DNA of 64,000 bases, taken from the IMG/VR virus record IMGVR_UViG_3300010397_000045, positions 9,000-72,999 of that record. One strand, given 5' to 3'. Position 1 is the first letter of the stretch; the number at the start of each line of letters is the position of its first letter. The notes beneath the pieces were generated by a model. It made no database searches, was not told the DNA's origin, and saw only the letters and a list, made by a program, of their open reading frames with translations. This DNA comes from a virus. The translations under genes and the position numbers were made by a program. Of the stretch, positions 1 through 7,802 are shown one piece after another.

Positions 1-364
1 GCTCGGCGATCTCATCCAACGTCAGCTGGCGCTCAGGCATCTCCCGACGCTGCAAGCTCTTGAGCCATCCTTCTGTCTGCCGCTTGGAATCCATGCCGAT
101 ATCAACAACTTCAGGCGGTGGGGTCTGCTCAGGCGTCCTAGTTGCAAGTGCGCTGATGCCACTTTTATGTATCTTGGCAGCGATGACACGCAGTTGATCC
201 TTCTCGCAGGTGGACAGCTCCTGCCACCTCTTCTGCAACAAGTCCAAAGCCATCTTGGCAAAGCCGCTCATCGACGGCCCGTCACCACCTTTCCAGTGAA
301 AACACAACCCGCACGGTGGGCGCCCACAGAAATCATCCCGCCTAGGCTCGTTTGGAATCCACAC
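1..364 (-). CDS. Hypothetical protein, 3' end truncated by the window edge
   Basis: Manual translation from GTG at 364 (MWIPNEPRRDDFCGRPPCGLCFHW...) stays open to position 1; GGAGG upstream; directly follows 368..691. Confidence 0.6.
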   Translation of the reverse strand, partial: MWIPNEPRRDDFCGRPPCGLCFHWKGGDGPSMSGFAKMALDLLQKRWQELSTCEKDQLRVIAAKIHKSGISALATRTPEQTPPPEVVDIGMDSKRQTEGWLKSLQRREMPERQLTLDEIAE

Positions 365-367
365 GAC

Positions 368-691
368 CTAACCCTCCATCGATTCGTCAAACAGCCATCC
401 AAGCCCATCGGTCTTGAGGATGATCGACAGGTTGGTCCCACCCTTCATACCCAACAGTACGCGCTTCAACTCCGCCGCGCGAGCGTCGACGTCGAGGCGG
501 CCCAATCGCTGGTTGAGACGGGTGACGATGTTAGGCCGCGGGTTGCCCGACTGCAGCTCGTTCAACATCAGTGCCGCCACCTGCCGCCGCGTAAGTCCTG
601 GCAGAAGCTTGTTGAGCGTGGGCCAGCTCGAGGCGGCTTCAAACAAATCGACATCGGTCAGGAGCGCAGCACCCCCAGGTTGCTTCTTCAC
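368..691 (-). CDS. Hypothetical phage protein (107 aa)
   Basis: ORF track; 4-bp overlap with the upstream gene 688..1575. Confidence 0.7.
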   Translation of the reverse strand: MKKQPGGAALLTDVDLFEAASSWPTLNKLLPGLTRRQVAALMLNELQSGNPRPNIVTRLNQRLGRLDVDARAAELKRVLLGMKGGTNLSIILKTDGLGWLFDESMEG

Positions 692-1575
692 GCCGCCCTT
701 CCCCGCGCCGCCTTGCGCTCCTTCTTGAGGTCCTTGACCGAGGCACGCCGGGCGCCGGTCACGGGGCGCTTAGGCGCCGGCTTCTCACCCGGTGCCATGA
801 TGGTCGGCGGCGCAAGTAGCATTTTGCCTTCTTTCACCTCGCGCATCTTGCGGCCCAGCAGGGTTGATTCCAACCAACCCTCGGACCCGACCTTGACCCC
901 CTTGGTCGGCGTCAGCCACTCGGGCCGCACGCGGGTGATGAGCCCGCCGAACTTGGGCGTCGCGTACTGGGCGCCCTCGCCCTTGCGGGATGCCTCGGTG
1001 TGCAACTCCGTGCAGACGAGGTAGATGGGTGCGCCGTGGACGCCCGCCACCGCCTTGACGTATAGCGAGAAGGGTCTCAAACCGGCCGGTGAGAACTCGA
1101 AGGAGCCCAACTGCGGATCATCGGATTTGTCATCGGCTAACAGCAACGCAGCGCGGCGGCGGCCCTGACAGGCCCGCGACCAGGCCGACGCGTTGGGGTT
1201 GGTCGAGGTGCCGGGGCGGTTCTGCGGACACGTGGCGCAGGGTCCATCGTGCTGCTTTTTGGGCGCCGTCTCGTGCGGTGCCAGCTCCGTGTCCCGCTCG
1301 GCAAGCGCGAAACACACGGGGGATGACTTGTCATCTGGATCGTATGCGTCCTCGTAATACGCCTGTGTGAATGACGTCGCCAGGATGACGACGCGCAGGG
1401 GTTTTGGTAACTTCTCATCGTTCAACATGAACTCACCGGCCTTCAGGCGAATGATGTTCTGCGTGCCATAGACCGGCTCCGCGGCGACGAGCGCCTTGGC
1501 GGACTCCGCCATGGCGGGGAGCATCTGGCGCTCCAGCTCATCGACGCTGATGGGTAAAGTATTCTTCTTAGCCAT
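688..1575 (-). CDS. Putative ssDNA-binding/annealing protein of the phage replication module
   Basis: 295 aa with YYEDAYDP...PVCFA, CATCPQN and ACQGRRR (Cys cluster) and a basic C-terminal tail, a pattern recalled from conserved phage replication-region proteins; AGGAG RBS. Function is inferred. Confidence 0.55.
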   Translation of the reverse strand: MAKKNTLPISVDELERQMLPAMAESAKALVAAEPVYGTQNIIRLKAGEFMLNDEKLPKPLRVVILATSFTQAYYEDAYDPDDKSSPVCFALAERDTELAPHETAPKKQHDGPCATCPQNRPGTSTNPNASAWSRACQGRRRAALLLADDKSDDPQLGSFEFSPAGLRPFSLYVKAVAGVHGAPIYLVCTELHTEASRKGEGAQYATPKFGGLITRVRPEWLTPTKGVKVGSEGWLESTLLGRKMREVKEGKMLLAPPTIMAPGEKPAPKRPVTGARRASVKDLKKERKAARGRAA

Positions 1576-1576
1576 G

Positions 1577-1825
1577 TTAACTCCTAGTTGGTTTCCAGGT
1601 CATTACCTGGACATGCTCATCATTGAAAGTTGGATCTATCGCACTCTCTGAATCTTCCCCACAAGCCTCCATGAGCTCACGCAGCTCTTGACACTGTTTT
1701 AGATATGCAGTCATGCTTTCGTCTGTGCGCCGCTGCGCCTCCACTACCTCACGCCGTGTAACACGCAAGCCAGTGCGGTGTAGCCCCAAATGATCGCGCA
1801 ACACCCGTTTTACGTAGTCGCTCAT
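1577..1825 (-). CDS. Hypothetical protein
   Basis: Start moved to ATG 1825 (MSDYVKR), giving a 4-bp overlap with the stop of 1822..2325. Confidence 0.6.
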   Translation of the reverse strand: MSDYVKRVLRDHLGLHRTGLRVTRREVVEAQRRTDESMTAYLKQCQELRELMEACGEDSESAIDPTFNDEHVQVMTWKPTRS

Positions 1826-2325
1826 TTGAGCCCCATCGCCCGCAGTTGCTCTCTCACAGATTCGCTGATAGCATCGATCTCCTCGCGCTTCCAGCAATCC
1901 TTGTCGGCACACGGTGGGCCGTCGTGATCGTCGTCGCATTTGACGGCAGGTTTATCCCAGTCGGCTACATGAGCTTGGATGCTGCGCTCCACGTTCGGCC
2001 GCAAGATCTCCATCAACATGGAGCCGGCAGGCATCCCATTCATTTGCCTGGTAAAATCCGTGAGCATCTTCTCAGGATCGCGCGTCTCGGCGTAGTGGCT
2101 CAACACGACAAGGGCCAACAACTCGTTCTGCTGGAGCTGTAATACGTGGGGTGTGAGCGCCTGACAGACCCAGTACATGACAGATGTCATGTTCTTCTCG
2201 AACATGTCCTCACGCCCGCGTTTGCGTGCCTCGACCAGTATTCCAAGCAACACCATAACGCGTCCCATCAACGGGCCATCAGCCCTGTCAACCTTGCCCG
2301 CGAACATTTCCTCTAATGTACTCAT
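1822..2325 (-). CDS. Hypothetical protein (167 aa)
   Basis: ORF track; GAGAGG RBS upstream. Confidence 0.7.
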   Translation of the reverse strand: MSTLEEMFAGKVDRADGPLMGRVMVLLGILVEARKRGREDMFEKNMTSVMYWVCQALTPHVLQLQQNELLALVVLSHYAETRDPEKMLTDFTRQMNGMPAGSMLMEILRPNVERSIQAHVADWDKPAVKCDDDHDGPPCADKDCWKREEIDAISESVREQLRAMGLK

Positions 2326-2446
2326 GACTGCAGACCTCTCGTGTTGTATTTAAAGAAGGAGCCCGCCCAACGCAGGAAGCCAGCGCTAAATCCGTGGCAC
2401 AGAATTCCAACAGCTTATCTGGGTTTCCCCCGTTTTTAACAGGGAC

Positions 2447-2506
2447 AACCTTGCTCACTTTCACCTTGCAGCCTTGCGTCAATTGAACCTTGCGCACTTT
2501 CACCTT
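2447..2506 (-). repeat. 21-nt direct repeat AAGGTGAAAGTG(C/A)GCAAGGTT, two copies, within an AAG-periodic tract
   Basis: Plus strand aaccttgctcactttcacctt (2447-2467) and aaccttgcgcactttcacctt (2486-2506), 20/21 identical. Confidence 0.85.
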
Positions 2507-2538
2507 TGAGCCTTGAGCCTCTTAAGTTGGACTTGCCA

Positions 2539-2625
2539 TGGTTGCTTGTGGAGGATTCGAACCTCCGAGCCTTGTTAAGGCAACACCCTTTCGGGCGCCG
2601 TGTCTACCAACTTCACCAACAAGCG
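2539..2625 (-). tRNA. tRNA-Leu-like element lacking a canonical anticodon loop (GAAA tetraloop instead), with encoded CCA
   Basis: CGCUUGU UG GUGAAGUUGGUAGACAC G GCGCCC-GAAA-GGGUGU U GCCUU-AAC-AAGGC UC GGAGG-UUCGAAU-CCUCC ACAAGCA A CCA: perfect T arm, Leu-type D arm, long variable arm, A73, C1:A72 mismatch. Confidence 0.8.
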
Positions 2626-2702
2626 TTTGACGACCGCATAACGCCGCGGTCAGCGTTCTGTCTACTTGGATTCTACTCTGCGTGTCGGGCATCGTAAAAA
2701 CT

Positions 2703-3251
2703 CTACTTCAACGTAATCGGCTGGTCTAGCCGACCCTCCAACAAATCCGTCGTCGCATTCACGATCTCCAAGTGCCCATCTATGATCGATGGCTCGCGGC
2801 GATACAGGTCCAACCGGCGGTCGCGCTCCTCCGGGTCCCAGTGCCGTACGATCTTCACCATCAGCGGATCGGCCCCAGGCGCCAGCTGCACCTGGCCCTC
2901 GCGCCGGTTACCATCACCGATGTCGCCCCACAGCCTCAACGCTAGCGGGGCCAGGTCCTTGCGGCGGTGAATCCACCCGGCAATCGTGTGAGTCACCTGC
3001 TTGCCATCCAGCTCTATCGTGACGTTGGTCAACAAGTTGGTTCGCTGAATCGCCAGGCGCAGATGCAGGATGCGCTTCAGCGTATCCTCATGGCTTTGAG
3101 TCCACTCCCGGATTTTCTGCTTCATGTCTTCGTACTTCGGCGTGTCGGTTGACAGGTTGGCGCAGTTGGCGGCAACCTTGGTCCGCAGGTCCGCCGCCTT
3201 TTCGGCCAGGTCCCGCAACTCTCTCATCGCCTGTATGATCTTCACCTTCAT
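2703..3251 (-). CDS. DIP1984/DUF6847-like helical protein (182 aa)
   Basis: MKVKIIQAMRELRDL... start, LRLAIQRTNLLT core, TIAGWIHRR and IDGHLEIVNATTDL end match the family pattern as remembered; GAGGAG RBS. Confidence 0.65.
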   Translation of the reverse strand: MKVKIIQAMRELRDLAEKAADLRTKVAANCANLSTDTPKYEDMKQKIREWTQSHEDTLKRILHLRLAIQRTNLLTNVTIELDGKQVTHTIAGWIHRRKDLAPLALRLWGDIGDGNRREGQVQLAPGADPLMVKIVRHWDPEERDRRLDLYRREPSIIDGHLEIVNATTDLLEGRLDQPITLK

Positions 3252-3466
3252 TCTCCTCGGGTTCGAATTGCCGCGGGTTAACCGCGCTTATCAGTATCAC
3301 CGCAAACACCAGGATGAGCATCGCCAGTCCAATCACTGGCAGGATGTCAGCCAGTTGTTTCATACCGTGGCGGGGTGCGGCCCGGACGGGCTGGACGGAA
3401 GTGGGTCTGCGTAAACTCCCGGTCCGGCTGGCCGAGTACGCTCGGGGCCGCACCCTACCTTTGAAA

Positions 3467-3688
3467 TCATGTTGGTATCTCCACCAGATATGCCACACCT
3501 GCGAATGGGTCAGACGTACCGACAGGTACCACGGACCACGTACGGCAATACATAGTACCTCGGATGAGCGACCGCCTCGCACCGTATAACTCGACGAGTC
3601 TGTGACCGGGGTACTTCGTCTGGCACACCTGGTCTGGAGGGTTGTCGTACAGTATCGCGTCCGGGTGGCACAACTCGAGCGTTCTCAT
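3467..3688 (-). CDS. Hypothetical protein
   Basis: ORF track; 4-bp overlap with 3685..4299. Confidence 0.5.
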   Translation of the reverse strand: MRTLELCHPDAILYDNPPDQVCQTKYPGHRLVELYGARRSLIRGTMYCRTWSVVPVGTSDPFAGVAYLVEIPT

Positions 3689-4299
3689 AACAGCCGCGTT
3701 CTATCGCCAGCAGCAACACGATCATCGCGATCGCTGCGAGTCTGTACATCCACATCGAGAACCCTCCCGGTTGCCTTGTCGAACCTCAATCCATGTGCAG
3801 GGCAGACCAACACGCCGCCAACTTCTTCGTACATCGCCTCCACGGGCGTACCCTTGTGTGGGCAGCGCCCGTTCATAATCGCCTGGCCACAATACCGATC
3901 GCGCAAGCGCACCTGCCACGGCACGATCGCAGGTCTGAGACAGACCATTAGCCGCGGGATGAGCGTGAGATATGGCAGGATATCGGCATCCATGCAGATG
4001 CTCGAGGTCTCGAGCCTGTTCGGACTGCCCAACCGGCGCAACTCACTGCGGTATAAGTCCTCCGGCACGAACTGCCAGTTGATGTGCGCGTGATGGCCTT
4101 TGAAGGCACCCGATGACGTGTTGAAGCTGTTGGGTATGAAACCCTCATCCACCTGGAACTCGTGCAACAACGGCAGCCAACCGTTAAAACCCTGGTAGTC
4201 CCTTAGGATATACGAGCCGCCCGACGGCGTCTGCTTGTCGAGCACCACGTTGAGCTGTAGGCACAACACGTTGTACTGCTTCCCCACTTCGTAACTCAT
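3685..4299 (-). CDS. Protein with a C-terminal Rieske [2Fe-2S]-type motif
   Basis: CPHKG...VLVCPAHGLRFDKATG is the Rieske CxH / CxxH signature; AGGAG RBS. Confidence 0.75.
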   Translation of the reverse strand: MSYEVGKQYNVLCLQLNVVLDKQTPSGGSYILRDYQGFNGWLPLLHEFQVDEGFIPNSFNTSSGAFKGHHAHINWQFVPEDLYRSELRRLGSPNRLETSSICMDADILPYLTLIPRLMVCLRPAIVPWQVRLRDRYCGQAIMNGRCPHKGTPVEAMYEEVGGVLVCPAHGLRFDKATGRVLDVDVQTRSDRDDRVAAGDRTRLL

Positions 4300-4369
4300 C
4301 GCCGCTCCTTACACCACCCACATGTGCAAGCGGGCCGTTTGAGTTGCCACCATAATTTGTCGGCGTTTT

Positions 4370-4774
4370 TCATCGCCGCTTCACCGCTAACAGCGCCAGG
4401 CTCACCTTGGCGAAGACTTCGGTGCCCGGCACGATGATCTTGGATTCCAGGCGCTCACGCCAGGCGTTGAGACCCACGCGCTTCTGCAACAGCTCGAAGG
4501 CTTTGCCTTTCACCATGTAGGCATAGAACTTGTCCCAGTCCGTGACGTTGGGAAAGGCATCCTTAATGGGGTGGTTGTGCACCTCGACCCTGGCAAGCTT
4601 GCCGCTGGCGCCCTCCAGCTTCTGCGCGCCGAACTGCTCGAGTAGGTATTGCTCCAGGCGTGAGTACTCGGCCTTGCACACCTTGGCGGCTGCGGTGTAT
4701 TCGGAAGCCTCATCGTCGAGCTTCTTCATGGCGTCGATGATGCCGCCGAGCGTTTTCGGAATTGCCATTCCCAT
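4370..4774 (-). CDS. Conserved phage replication-region protein
   Basis: 134 aa, coiled-coil N-terminus and VTDWDKFYAY...FELLQKRV...VPG motif, recalled from proteins encoded near SSB-like genes. Confidence 0.65.
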   Translation of the reverse strand: MGMAIPKTLGGIIDAMKKLDDEASEYTAAAKVCKAEYSRLEQYLLEQFGAQKLEGASGKLARVEVHNHPIKDAFPNVTDWDKFYAYMVKGKAFELLQKRVGLNAWRERLESKIIVPGTEVFAKVSLALLAVKRR

Positions 4775-4859
4775 TTTGCCAGCTCCCAGATTAAACGAAA
4801 ATTTTGTTTGCCTTAGCCTGGCGAGCCTTATACGCCTAAAAGATCTGTGATGTAAAGGT

Positions 4860-5228
4860 TTATTTTTGTGTAGTTAGTGAACGCAGCTTTGTTGGAATGA
4901 AGCTATGCTTCCTCGCGATATCCAACAAGCGGTGATACTTCTCGCTGATCGTTCTGATAAACCTGTTGTACTCAACATGTTGGGCTATGACCGTGCAGCG
5001 GTTCAGATCGGCCATAAGCCTATAATTCTCGCACCTTTCGAGCGCCTCGTCGCGCTCACGGTAAGCCTGTTCGAGCAGGACCTTGAGCCCGCCGCAGTTC
5101 TCGCGCAGCTCGAGGAGCCTCCATTTATCGCCCGCCGGGTCGGCGTCCTGCTCGAGGTCCCGCACATAATCCTTCAGCGGCTGTGGCAGTGCATTTATCT
5201 GCTCAGCGAGCGGCTTCCAGGTGATCAT
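4860..5228 (-). CDS. Hypothetical protein
   Basis: ORF track; 4-bp overlap with the upstream gene. Confidence 0.6.
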   Translation of the reverse strand: MITWKPLAEQINALPQPLKDYVRDLEQDADPAGDKWRLLELRENCGGLKVLLEQAYRERDEALERCENYRLMADLNRCTVIAQHVEYNRFIRTISEKYHRLLDIARKHSFIPTKLRSLTTQK

Positions 5229-5752
5229 TTTCCGAACTCTACCTTATTGGCTGCAGCCGACAGCAACCGCGCTTTCATCGCTACGGGTCCATGCTCCTTG
5301 CGCGCAGTCTCTACCTCGATATACTTGGCCAGCCAGTGCTGGGCCTTCTTGAGGTCCTCGAGTCCGTTTTTCGTCTTCCACCGCATCACGTAGTAGAGCA
5401 CCTCGGATTGGAAGACATCGAGGTCGTTCAGGATGCTGACGTCCCACGGCTCGATGCCCATCTTTTTGTAATGATCGCCGCCATGTTGGATGGCGTTGGC
5501 GTCCGCAAGGGTGCGCGGCTGGCCGACGGGCACCCTTTCCGCCGAGCAACCTGGCTTGTGGACGATCAATTGACCGTCGTCGATCGCCCACGCGCCGCAA
5601 TCTGTGCAGGTGTTCATGGAATCTCCTCGTACGTATATGGAATCTGGCCTGGCGTAGCAGTAGCCACCCAGGATCTCGACCCGTACCAACTCCGGGTCCG
5701 GGTCGTCGCTATCCCGCAGCAGGTTCACGAAACTTGTGCTCAGTGTGCCCAT
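5225..5752 (-). CDS. DUF3310 (T7 gp1.7/SaV-like nucleotide kinase-related) domain protein
   Basis: GGDHYKKMGIEPWD...YVMRWKTKNGLEDLKKAQHWL signature. Start position uncertain. Confidence 0.8.
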   Translation of the reverse strand: MGTLSTSFVNLLRDSDDPDPELVRVEILGGYCYARPDSIYVRGDSMNTCTDCGAWAIDDGQLIVHKPGCSAERVPVGQPRTLADANAIQHGGDHYKKMGIEPWDVSILNDLDVFQSEVLYYVMRWKTKNGLEDLKKAQHWLAKYIEVETARKEHGPVAMKARLLSAAANKVEFGK

Positions 5753-6110
5753 CGCTGCCCAACACGCAGCGTCTGAAGTCGTCGTCTATGAAGTCGCACC
5801 GCAGATGCTGTGGTGGGTCGCATTTACAACGCCCTTGGAAATGCTCGCAACCTTCCTGGAGCTTCTGTGGATGCTGGGTCGCGTAGAGCTTGGCGTCCCA
5901 TGCTTCCTGCCGGACCTGCCGTGGGTAGCTGCCGTGCGAGAGGGCGAAGAGTGGGTGCAGCTCTTTCTGCTCCCGGCGCCACAACAGCTCACGGGCCATG
6001 ATGAGAGTATCACCGAGCACGTCGGGGTATGTGCTTAGTGTGGATGGATCGTCCACATACCCGCGCAGGCGTTGCGTTGGGACGAACTCGACCGGCTTTT
6101 CGTCTGACAT
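5709..6110 (-). CDS. Hypothetical protein
   Basis: ORF track; GGAGGGG RBS. Confidence 0.6.
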   Translation of the reverse strand: MSDEKPVEFVPTQRLRGYVDDPSTLSTYPDVLGDTLIMARELLWRREQKELHPLFALSHGSYPRQVRQEAWDAKLYATQHPQKLQEGCEHFQGRCKCDPPQHLRCDFIDDDFRRCVLGSDGHTEHKFREPAAG

Positions 6111-6113
6111 GTT

Positions 6114-6308
6114 TCACCCCTCCCTTATGAGAAGTCCGGCCTCGAGCCGCCTTACCCTTATCCGCAGCTCGGCGATCATCCGGGCCATCATCGCCTCGCG
6201 TGCTCCGGATGTTGATGATCTCCCGTACCGGGAGTAAAGCTCCAGGTCCATCGTTCTCACCTCTGCCTCGATCTCGTCGGCGCTTACTTCTCCTCCAACC
6301 GTATTCAT
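6114..6308 (-). CDS. Hypothetical protein
   Basis: Start moved to ATG 6308 (MNTVGG), which has AGGAG upstream. Confidence 0.55.
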   Translation of the reverse strand: MNTVGGEVSADEIEAEVRTMDLELYSRYGRSSTSGAREAMMARMIAELRIRVRRLEAGLLIREG

Positions 6309-6441
6309 CGTGATACTCCTTGGGCCCACCTATGGGACACCCGCAGGCGAGCCCGCGTTGGTTACGGTGCGGCTTTGCCGTCCAGTACTTCGGGCAACAC
6401 ACCCAGCCGTTCAGCGGCATGATCTTAATAGCCATACACGC

Positions 6442-7023
6442 TCACCCGTTCTCCGATGACGCGCCGTGAACCGTGCAGGCCGAATCCCTCACGAGCTTTC
6501 CATCTTCGCTGTAGTAACAGCCCCAACTGCACTGACCTGTCGGACGCCTAATGCGATCATCGGCGGCTTTGGGTTCCACCAAGTAGGCATCGCCGTTGCT
6601 GTTGTAGGCGACTTTCGGTTGCTCGCTGGCTTTCTGAGCGTTCTGTCTGTTGGCGAATGCATCAGATAGGGCGTTCCAGAAGCGCTCGCCCTTGCCTTCG
6701 ATGACATGGACGCTATGCCACCCGGGCTCTTTCGGTTCCAAGCAAGCGAGGACCTCGGCAAGTGCAGATTCGGCAGCGGCCAATCTGGTCTGTACGTTCA
6801 CGGGGATGGCTACGAACTGACTGGTGCAGTTTGGGCAGATCACCATGTCGTTGTTCGGCTCGCGTGGACCTAGGTTCGTCTCGGGAGCGGGCGATAAGTT
6901 CATGAGTAGGTCGTACGCGGCGAGCAGATCATCAACGAGCGGATTTGCTGAAGGTATGGAAGCCGCGCGAAGGCGAAGCCGTTCCGCCAAGTCCTTCGCA
7001 TTTGAGGGAAGTTGCTCATTCAT
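6442..7023 (-). CDS. Hypothetical protein with CxxC motifs
   Basis: ORF track; likely start ATG 7023 (MNEQLPS); contains CPNC. Confidence 0.55.
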   Translation of the reverse strand: MNEQLPSNAKDLAERLRLRAASIPSANPLVDDLLAAYDLLMNLSPAPETNLGPREPNNDMVICPNCTSQFVAIPVNVQTRLAAAESALAEVLACLEPKEPGWHSVHVIEGKGERFWNALSDAFANRQNAQKASEQPKVAYNSNGDAYLVEPKAADDRIRRPTGQCSWGCYYSEDGKLVRDSACTVHGASSENG

Positions 7024-7134
7024 AAATCCACCGTCCCCAATGCCAGCGAGGCCCATATATTTCGCGCATCGTTAACGACAATTTCCATGATCGATGTCGC
7101 GGGACACTTACTACGTGAACATTCCGTACCGTCC

Positions 7135-7183
7135 CGTTGATCGGCTTGCCTCGCACGTTGATCAGCTTGCCTCGCACGCTGAT
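7135..7183. repeat. 21-bp tandem repeat (about 2.3 copies)
   Basis: cgttgatcggcttgcctcgca / cgttgatcagcttgcctcgca / cgctgat; encodes VRGKLIN-VRGKPIN in ORF 7016..7279. Confidence 0.85.
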
Positions 7184-7307
7184 AGCGCGCGCTTCCGATG
7201 TCCGAGCGACTGTCATAGGCGCCACCTCGATTTGAACCATAGAACAGTTACCACGGCGAAAATTCCCATGCTGATCCAACCGACAATTAGACCTTGATGA
7301 TATGGAG

Positions 7308-7544
7308 TCATGACGACCACGAATGCTCGACTACCCGAGGTGCCCCGCTTGCGAACTTCATTTCTGCAACGACTTTCTCAGCATCGGCGCGAGTCGGGAA
7401 TTGCTCGGCATGGTTGGGATTGCTACACCAATCACCGGGACCGCAATAATACATGGGGGCGAACCGGGCTTCGATCAGCCACCAAGACCCATTTTCAGGT
7501 TGTGTAAATCTACCCATAGTTGTTGTTCTCCTGGCAGCATTCAA
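7308..7544 (-). CDS. Hypothetical protein
   Basis: ORF track; same strand as neighbours. Start may be the internal ATG (MGRFTQ). Confidence 0.5.
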   Translation of the reverse strand: MNAARRTTTMGRFTQPENGSWWLIEARFAPMYYCGPGDWCSNPNHAEQFPTRADAEKVVAEMKFASGAPRVVEHSWSS

Positions 7545-7559
7545 AATGTGTTTCAGACG

Positions 7560-7799
7560 TCATGAGTTCAACCTCACATTACGTGTTGGCCCGTCATAGT
7601 GAGCCCGGCGCACGGCCCTCAGCATCCGGCGCGCCTCGGAGCCCTCCATGTTGGTGAAGGTGGTTATGCGGCTGCCACCATGGGGCGCCGCTGCCATCAC
7701 GAATGCGATGCCGTCCGCGAAGGTGTTGGAGGCGAGCTTTTCGACCGCGGTCGCGAACTCAACCCACTTCTTCTCATCTACCAGCAGTTCATTACCCAT
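7560..7799 (-). CDS. Hypothetical protein
   Basis: ORF track; starts 3 nt after the primase stop with a GGAG RBS. Confidence 0.6.
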   Translation of the reverse strand: MGNELLVDEKKWVEFATAVEKLASNTFADGIAFVMAAAPHGGSRITTFTNMEGSEARRMLRAVRRAHYDGPTRNVRLNS

Positions 7800-7802
7800 T
7801 AT

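Larger units (their letters stand above)
2361..2690 (-). ncRNA. Candidate ~330-nt structured ncRNA with a closing terminal stem, a tRNA-like domain and an AAG-repeat tract
   Basis: On the minus strand, 5' GCCCGACACGCAG (2690-2678) pairs with 3' CUGCGUUGGGC (2375-2365) with a 2-nt bulge. It fills the gap between two co-oriented genes and holds no convincing ORF. Confidence 0.7.

Noticed and set aside
2288-2503. 71-aa ORF MKVRKVQLTQGCKVKVSKV...
   Set aside because: It looks like a by-product of the AAG repeat tract, overlaps the next gene, and lies inside the predicted closed-stem RNA.
2539-2625. Ordinary tRNA-Phe(GAA) or tRNA-Leu gene, or an attP site
   Set aside because: A 7-nt loop cannot be formed with a paired stem, the long variable arm is not Phe-like, and no integrase is visible in the window.
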